A DNA stretch of 64,000 bases, taken from the IMG/VR virus record IMGVR_UViG_3300029305_004950, positions 125,430 to 189,429 of that record; one strand, written 5' to 3'. Position 1 is the first letter of the stretch; each line of letters begins with the position of its first letter. Source of the DNA: a virus. Taxonomy: Duplodnaviria > Heunggongvirae > Uroviricota > Caudoviricetes. This document shows, one piece after another, positions 58,587-64,000 of this stretch. The position numbers were made by a program, and so were the translations under genes. Below the pieces are notes generated by a model. That model had not been told where the DNA came from and did no database searches. It saw nothing but the letters and a program-made list of their open reading frames with translations.

Positions 58587-59180
58587 ATGGGTTTATTAAA
58601 AGCACAGTTTAACAAGGCTATTGATAATGGTAAGTTAGGTAAAAAAGTAGAATATATTCCTTTTTATCGTACGGGTATTGATATTTTTGACTATATTAAT
58701 GGTGTAAGAAAAGCAGATGGTACTATGGACTTAGGTATCCAAGGCGGTAGAATCATGATGGATATTGGTCAGTCTGGTACTGGTAAGACTTCTAAGATTA
58801 TTCAGCAGGCATGTTATATCGCCGATCAGTTTGAAGAAGCAGACGTATGGCATTATGATTATGAAAGATCTACTAGTAAGGAACGTGTTATGGCTCTAAC
58901 TGGTTGGTCTTCTGATCATTATGATGAAAAGTATCAAATTTTCCAAGAGAATATTTCTGTAGAAACTCTATTTAGAGCTTGTAAAGAAATTGAAAAGATT
59001 AAGATGGAAAATAAAGAAGCTATTCAGATTGATACTGGTAGAAAAGATGGCAGTGGTAAACCTGTTTACATCTTACCTCCTACAATTATGATTGTAGACT
59101 CCGTCGCTATGTTAGCTCCTGAAGATGTCGAGGATGATGATGAACTAAAGGGATCAATGGGTAAACTTGCAATTGCATAA
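58587..59180 (+). CDS. uvsX: UvsX/RecA-like recombinase, exon 1 (3' end approximate)
   Basis: ATG at 58587 with AAGGAAGGA RBS. Walker A GQSGTGKTS. IMIVDSVAMLAPE matches RecA/UvsX VIDSLGNL / VVDSVAAL. The frame stops at 59180 inside the conserved core, about 25 nt before an intron P element. Confidence 0.8.
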   Translation: MGLLKAQFNKAIDNGKLGKKVEYIPFYRTGIDIFDYINGVRKADGTMDLGIQGGRIMMDIGQSGTGKTSKIIQQACYIADQFEEADVWHYDYERSTSKERVMALTGWSSDHYDEKYQIFQENISVETLFRACKEIEKIKMENKEAIQIDTGRKDGSGKPVYILPPTIMIVDSVAMLAPEDVEDDDELKGSMGKLAIA

Positions 59181-60196
59181 TGTGCTCATTTAAAACTCAC
59201 TTAATTGCTGGAAAAACTAATTTAGAAAATCAGCAGCTTATAAACAGTTGAAAAAATTATTGCACTAATTTTCGCACCCAAAATCTAACATATAATTAAA
59301 TTCTATATGTTAGGAGTTGTAAAAATGAAAATAGATTTTCAAAGTTTTATGGTTGGATGTTGTTTAGGTGATTCTAGTTTTGAATTTAGAGCTAGAACAG
59401 ATACATTTGATAGAATTTCATTTGGACATAAGATAGAGAATAAAGATTATGTTGATTTAAAGAAAAATATTTTATCTGAAAATAACATAGAGTTTTCAGA
59501 ATTAAAAGGATTAAGTATGACTAATATCTGTCGTTTTAGAATTTCTTATTCAAAATATAGTGAGTTAATTGAAACTTATTATGAATTAACTAGAAATAAT
59601 GATAGAAGTAGAAAACTTCCATCAATTGAGTATATTACTCCAACTACTCTTTTCTTTTGGTTTTTAGATGATGGTTATACTACAGCTAGAAATTGTAAAA
59701 ATAAGAGTTCTAAAATTTCTGGTTATGTTAGAACTGAAATAGGAATTGCTTTAAAGAGCTATGCTGACGAGGATATTATGAACTTAACACCTCAAATCAA
59801 TGAAAAATTTGGTTTAAATTTTACTTATAAGTATGATTACTATAATGGTACTAAAAAGATTAAAGATATTATCCTTTCAAAAAAGAAAGACCAATATAAG
59901 TTTTTGGATCTTATGTATCAATTTAAAGAAATTTTACCTGTAAGTATGGAATATAAATTCTGTCTTTGTGAAATACCTAAACGAAATGGAATTAGTGTAG
60001 ATACAAGATACAATATGTGTGATGTACATGAAACTGGATTTTGTACATGTAGAGAAAAAGATTTCTCTAATTGTTTATAAGTTCAACGACTATGTCATTG
60101 CAAGTGCAATGTGAATATTGAGTACTGGAAACAGTAAAGATATAGTCTAATCTAAGTAGTAATACTTAGAAGAAGAACTAACAATTCTTCAAATAA
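59181..60196 (+). mobile_element. group I intron 1 in the recombinase gene, carrying a LAGLIDADG homing endonuclease gene in a peripheral loop (boundaries approximate)
   Basis: P AATTGCTGGAAAA 59203-59215, Q AATCAGCAGC 59227-59236, then the ORF, then R GTTCAACGACTA 60081-60092 directly after the ORF stop, and S AAGATATAGTCT 60137-60148. Confidence 0.75.
59325..60080 (+). CDS. LAGLIDADG-family homing endonuclease (double-motif)
   Basis: ATG at 59325 with TAGGAG RBS. Motif 1 FMVGCCLGDSSF, motif 2 LFFWFLDDGYTT. Confidence 0.65.
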   Translation: MKIDFQSFMVGCCLGDSSFEFRARTDTFDRISFGHKIENKDYVDLKKNILSENNIEFSELKGLSMTNICRFRISYSKYSELIETYYELTRNNDRSRKLPSIEYITPTTLFFWFLDDGYTTARNCKNKSSKISGYVRTEIGIALKSYADEDIMNLTPQINEKFGLNFTYKYDYYNGTKKIKDIILSKKKDQYKFLDLMYQFKEILPVSMEYKFCLCEIPKRNGISVDTRYNMCDVHETGFCTCREKDFSNCL

Positions 60197-60328
60197 AAGC
60201 TGGCAACAGCAATTGCAAAGGCAAATACTAACGTTTTTAAGCGTATTATGTCTCCTATGCAGAATGCTAACATTATTCTAATGCTAGTTAATCATATTAC
60301 ACAGAAAATTGATAGATTTTTGTCAATG
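60197..60328 (+). CDS. uvsX: UvsX/RecA-like recombinase, internal micro-exon
   Basis: Open frame KLATAIAKANTNVFKRIMSPMQNANIILMLVNHITQKIDRFLSM. It aligns with RecA [26 protein letters not shown] and T4 UvsX CIAINHTYETQEMFSKTVM. Bounded upstream by intron-1 S and downstream by the intron-2 P element. Confidence 0.55.
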
Positions 60329-60758
60329 TAAAATCTTAAGAATTGCTGGAAAAATCGATAAGATAAATCAGCATCCCTTATATTAAGGGTTCAACGACTA
60401 TATACTATAGAAATCTATAGTTAGTATAAGACTTAGAAGATATAGTCTGAACTTCTATGAAAATAGAAGACTTAAGTACGATTAATGAACGTACTAATAA
60501 TACAATTGATTAATCCGATGGCTCGAACCAAGGCTCAGATAAACTATCTTAAGCAGGATGAGTCAATTCCAGGTAAACTATTTACTGCCTGATGTATATT
60601 CTTAAATGCTGGAAAATTTATAAAACAATCAGCATCTAGTATTTTATACTAGTTCAACGACTAATTTTACTTTTCAAATGAAAAGGAAATGGAATCTTTG
60701 AAGATATAGTCTCAACTTCTATGGAAACATAGAGAAATTTGTAGCTTAATAAACTACA
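60329..60758 (+). mobile_element. two tandem minimal group I intron cores (introns 2 and 3) in the recombinase gene
   Basis: Core A: P 60341-60353, Q 60365-60374, R 60389-60400, S 60437-60448. Core B: P 60604-60616, Q 60627-60636, R 60652-60663, S 60701-60712. Each has P6/P8/P9-type hairpins. An in-frame stop at 60750 forces the 3' splice site to between 60753 and about 60775. Confidence 0.6.
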
Positions 60759-61379
60759 ATGAAGAAATGTAAAAAATTGGGTAAAGCAGTTTCTTACCTA
60801 ACTAATACACTAACTAAACTAGAAACAGGCTCTAAGCTAGAAACTGATAAGGAATTTGGTATTAAGGGTTTCTATCTATCTGGTATTCTAGTTAAGTCTC
60901 GTTCTACTGAAGCTGGTGTATCCTTTAAGATGGTATTTGAACAGAAGAAGGGTGTTAATAACCTACTAACAAACTTTGCTAATCTTAAGGATCTAGGTCG
61001 TATCACTGGTGCAGGTCGTAGCTTTAAACTAGATACTTGTCCTGATGTTAAGTTCTCTATTAAGGAATTCCAGAATAAGTACTATGAATCTGCAGAACTT
61101 AGAAAAGCTTTTGATGCAGCAGTTCATGAAGAATATTCTAAGTTCCTACCTGAAGCTGGTGTTGCACCTAGTCAGTCTATTGATATGAATAAGCTAGATG
61201 AACTAATTGAAGATGATGTTAAGTCTGCAGGTAAGAAATCTAGTAAGACAACTAAAACTACTAAAGCAACTACTTATGAACTAGTAGATGAAGAAAATGG
61301 TGTTTACCAAGGTACAGATGGTAAGTACTATATCATCGAGAATGGTGAATATGTAGAAGTAGAATATGAAGAAGAATAA
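60759..61379 (+). CDS. uvsX: UvsX/RecA-like recombinase, 3' exon
   Basis: GKAVSYLTNTL...GFYLSGILVKSRSTEAGVSFKMVF aligns with T4 UvsX GPMYSADTVF...GYQFVLNVEKSRTVKEKSKFFIDV and RecA GNALKFYASVRLDIRR; acidic C-terminal tail as in UvsX. Confidence 0.75.
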   Translation: MKKCKKLGKAVSYLTNTLTKLETGSKLETDKEFGIKGFYLSGILVKSRSTEAGVSFKMVFEQKKGVNNLLTNFANLKDLGRITGAGRSFKLDTCPDVKFSIKEFQNKYYESAELRKAFDAAVHEEYSKFLPEAGVAPSQSIDMNKLDELIEDDVKSAGKKSSKTTKTTKATTYELVDEENGVYQGTDGKYYIIENGEYVEVEYEEE

Positions 61380-61389
61380 ATAAAACAAA

Positions 61390-61428
61390 GGAGATAGAGA
61401 ATGTTAAATCTCTATCTCCTTTTCATCT
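61390..61428 (+). terminator. rho-independent terminator
   Basis: AGGAGATAGAGA-loop-CTCTATCTCCT plus T's. Confidence 0.55.
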
Positions 61429-61480
61429 ATATATTCTTTCTATAGTAAATAAAAACTATAGAAAGGAGTTTAGATTCAAG

Positions 61481-61846
61481 ATGATTTGTCCAAATTGTGA
61501 AAAAGAAATGAAAGATAAGTCATATTGGTATTATGGTATTAGTGATTGGGATATGGATTATCCTGCTACATTACATGAAGAACATTATTGTAAAGATTGT
61601 AGAATTACTTTTGTTAATGGAAAATGGAAAATTCCTAAGAAATTTGAAAGACCTACTGAAAAGCAAATTAGAACTGTTCTCTTTATAAATTCAAAATTAG
61701 GTACTAATCTTACACCACTTTTAAAAAGACAGTGTTGGAAGTTTATTTCTAAACATTTTGAAGAAGCTAAACTACAAGCTAAATATGACAGAGAAGAGTA
61801 TTTTGAATGGCACAGAGAAATGTATGGTGAATTTGAATACTACTAA
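61481..61846 (+). CDS. zinc-ribbon protein (CPNCEK...CKDC), paralog of 62420..62839
   Basis: Shared P-T-E-K-Q ... K-R-Q ... K-F-I-S block with ORF 62420. Confidence 0.5.
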   Translation: MICPNCEKEMKDKSYWYYGISDWDMDYPATLHEEHYCKDCRITFVNGKWKIPKKFERPTEKQIRTVLFINSKLGTNLTPLLKRQCWKFISKHFEEAKLQAKYDREEYFEWHREMYGEFEYY

Positions 61847-61865
61847 TGGGAGATATACCAGAATT

Positions 61866-62177
61866 ATGAGTAATAACCTTAAAGACTATGTAGTAATTCT
61901 TTGTAGAGAATATGACAAATATCAAGGAAGAGAACCTATAGTTTATAAACTTGATATAAAACAAGAAGACATGACAAATATTCTATTACATTCTCTAAAT
62001 TTGAGATCCAGATATAATCCTGAATTGGCATATTTCCTAGTTTTAAAGGAAAATTGGGAAGAGAACAAAGAAGATATAACTAATAAGATTTTCAGAGAAT
62101 ATGAATTTGAAATGTTTGATAGTTTTATAGGCAATGGTTCTAATGTATTAGAAAATAATGGTATTGTAAGAATTTAA
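61866..62177 (+). CDS. hypothetical protein
   Basis: ATG at 61866 just after the upstream stop; the track start at 61758 would overlap the previous gene by 88 nt. Confidence 0.45.
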   Translation: MSNNLKDYVVILCREYDKYQGREPIVYKLDIKQEDMTNILLHSLNLRSRYNPELAYFLVLKENWEENKEDITNKIFREYEFEMFDSFIGNGSNVLENNGIVRI

Positions 62178-62205
62178 TAGAGAGAATTTATGAGGATAAT
62201 TGACT

Positions 62206-62412
62206 ATGCCAAAAATTATATTTGAAGGTATTGAAATTCCAAAAAATTGTAATGAATGTGAACATATAGGACACTATGAAAATGGACTATTTTCTCGTAA
62301 TCCACATTGTTGTTGTGAATTGATTTGGCAATTAAAACATGAAGATTATAAAGTTGATAAAAATTCTTTAGATGAAAATTGTCCATTAAAAATTGGATAT
62401 ATAGAACTTTAA
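62206..62412 (+). CDS. small Cys-rich protein
   Basis: ATG at 62206 with GAGGA RBS; CNECEH...CCC motifs. Confidence 0.45.
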   Translation: MPKIIFEGIEIPKNCNECEHIGHYENGLFSRNPHCCCELIWQLKHEDYKVDKNSLDENCPLKIGYIEL

Positions 62413-62419
62413 AAGTATT

Positions 62420-62839
62420 ATGAAATGTATAGAATGTAAAAAGCATATGAAACTAGTAAATGTAGAAAACTTCTACATTTCAGATACTAGTGAAGCTACA
62501 TCTTCTATAAATGAGTATGATTGTCCTAATTGTGGTATTAAGATTTTCATGAACATGAGTATTTCTAATTATGGTATAGAAAAATTGTATATACCAGATT
62601 TACTAAAACCAACTGAAAAACAATTAGAATTTGCTGAGTATCTTTGTAGTATAATGCCAGAATTAAGGTATTCTAGATCAAAGTGTTATACTAAAAGACA
62701 GTTAAGTAAATTCATATCTGAAAATAAGGAAGAAGTATTTAGATTTAAAAAAGAAGAACAAGAAAAAGCTAGTAGTAAAGTAAGTAAATCTATAGCTACT
62801 AGAAGAAGTATAAAGAAAAGGAGTAATACAGATGAGTGA
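62420..62839 (+). CDS. zinc-ribbon protein (CIECKK...CPNCG), paralog of 61481..61846
   Basis: 139 aa, basic C-terminus. Confidence 0.5.
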   Translation: MKCIECKKHMKLVNVENFYISDTSEATSSINEYDCPNCGIKIFMNMSISNYGIEKLYIPDLLKPTEKQLEFAEYLCSIMPELRYSRSKCYTKRQLSKFISENKEEVFRFKKEEQEKASSKVSKSIATRRSIKKRSNTDE

Positions 62840-63284
62840 CAAGAAAGAACTATTAGTTAAAACTGATGTGATTACTTGTATCGATGAAGTTTGGACTCCT
62901 CATAATTGGGGACTTAAAGAAAGACTTAATAATCTGCCTACAACTACTATTGATGGTAATACTTCAGATGGTTATCATACTTTTAATGAACTTTACCATC
63001 ATAGAGCTATGCTTTTTAAGACTATTTGTGAAACTTATTATCAATATGCTTGGAAGTCAATGCAACATGATGATCCTGAAAGTAATCCTATGTATGATGG
63101 AATGTTTATCGTAGGAATTGAAACTCCAGAAGGTCAAGCTACTTATCATTATGATGTTGATCCTTATTGGGATTTATTTAATGTTAGAGAAATCGCAAGA
63201 GCACCTGAATGGGATGGTCATACTCCAGAAGAAGCATTAGAAAGAATTCAAAGTCTTACTAAATATAAAACTTCCATTTACTAA
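62832..63284 (+). CDS. hypothetical protein
   Basis: 150 aa, AAGGAG RBS, overlaps upstream stop. Confidence 0.5.
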   Translation: MSDKKELLVKTDVITCIDEVWTPHNWGLKERLNNLPTTTIDGNTSDGYHTFNELYHHRAMLFKTICETYYQYAWKSMQHDDPESNPMYDGMFIVGIETPEGQATYHYDVDPYWDLFNVREIARAPEWDGHTPEEALERIQSLTKYKTSIY

Positions 63285-63305
63285 AATATAGGAGTTGAAT
63301 TATAA

Positions 63306-63638
63306 ATGGCTAGAATGGTAAAGAAAGATAAAGTAATTGAAAAGAAAACTTTAGTTTTAAAAAATGAAGGATATATTGATAATCTAGATGATTTTAGTGC
63401 TATTCTAATCTGTGCTGTTAGATATTGCCTTGGTAGAATGACTTATATGCCAAAACTAGTAACATCATTTATTAAAAGAAATTTAAAAGATTTCATTACT
63501 GATAACGATATTACTGTTATGATTCAAGATATTCAGAGTTGTAACAATTATGGACATTCTTGTGATGAAGAAACATGGATGGATTTTCTATATTGGTTGA
63601 AAGAAGTTAAAAAAGAAAGAGATGATATTATTAAATGA
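63306..63638 (+). CDS. hypothetical protein
   Basis: 110 aa, TAGGAG RBS. Confidence 0.5.
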   Translation: MARMVKKDKVIEKKTLVLKNEGYIDNLDDFSAILICAVRYCLGRMTYMPKLVTSFIKRNLKDFITDNDITVMIQDIQSCNNYGHSCDEETWMDFLYWLKEVKKERDDIIK

Positions 63639-63776
63639 AAGCACTTTTGGTAATTGGTTTATTGATTTTTTGTACTTTAGCAGTCCAGTATAATATGTTT
63701 AATGATTAATACAAAAGATAATTTAGTTTACTTTTATATATAATGATGAAAACATAAAGAAAGGAAAACTTAATTA

Positions 63777-64000
63777 TGCCTTTAGATATTCAAAAAGTCC
63801 AAGAATCATGTGTAAATTTAGAAAATTCACATAAGTTCTTAGCAGAAGAATTATTGATTCCAAATCTAAACAACTGTGATACTGTACGAATTAACATGTT
63901 TGATAATCATCTACCACAGGCATTAGTTTTATCTAATCCTGACTTTCCAAATGTATTTACTAACTTTGAAAATCAAATTGGTAAGTACAGTACTAGTTAT
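63777..64000 (+). CDS. hypothetical protein (partial, runs off window end)
   Basis: ATG at 63777 with AAAGGAAA RBS; open to the end of the window. Confidence 0.4.

Noticed and set aside
60081-60712. Three evenly spaced copies of GTTCAACGACTA ... AAGATATAGTCT looked at first like a short repeat-spacer (CRISPR-like) array
   Set aside because: The repeats are the canonical group I intron R and S elements. Each is preceded by P and Q elements and separated by structured intron sequence; no direct-repeat/spacer periodicity and no cas genes.
61758-61865. Long version of ORF 61758..62177
   Set aside because: It would overlap 61481..61846 by 88 nt in another frame. An ATG at 61866 follows directly after that gene's stop.
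1-64000. Prophage boundaries, integrase, attachment sites
   Set aside because: No tyrosine/serine recombinase motifs and no flanking bacterial housekeeping genes. The content is consistent with a virulent phage genome segment.

Overview
AT-rich (about 30% GC) window with strong AGGAGG-type ribosome-binding sites and dense gene packing. No integrase, tRNA or CRISPR array is visible. The content is that of a large virulent dsDNA phage of a low-GC Gram-positive host. Roughly 0.6-36 kb is a plus-strand DNA/nucleotide-metabolism block. It holds a Dda-like helicase, a class II ribonucleotide reductase, a ClpP-like protease, dCMP deaminase, both subunits of a bacterial-type topoisomerase II, a CCA-adding enzyme, and a MoxR ATPase / VWA-metallopeptidase / SPFH-flotillin group. 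Roughly 36-48 kb holds a holin-endolysin (CHAP + 2x SH3b) cassette and tail-fibre / tailspike-like genes in mixed orientation. A gp5-like baseplate spike gene runs off the left edge of the window. Roughly 48-64 kb holds small early-type genes, a GNAT-metallophosphoesterase fusion protein and a UvsX/RecA-like recombinase. The dominant unusual signal is a very high load of self-splicing and selfish elements. Group I intron cores with canonical P/Q/R/S elements interrupt the gyrB-like gene, the MoxR ATPase gene and the UvsX-like gene. A fourth core sits between two same-frame ORFs near 48.3 kb. The UvsX-like gene carries three: one with a LAGLIDADG homing endonuclease, then two tandem mini-cores around a 44-codon micro-exon. 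The gyrA-like gene carries a 437-aa LAGLIDADG intein immediately after the catalytic tyrosine. Two of the introns share a 43-nt identical core segment.
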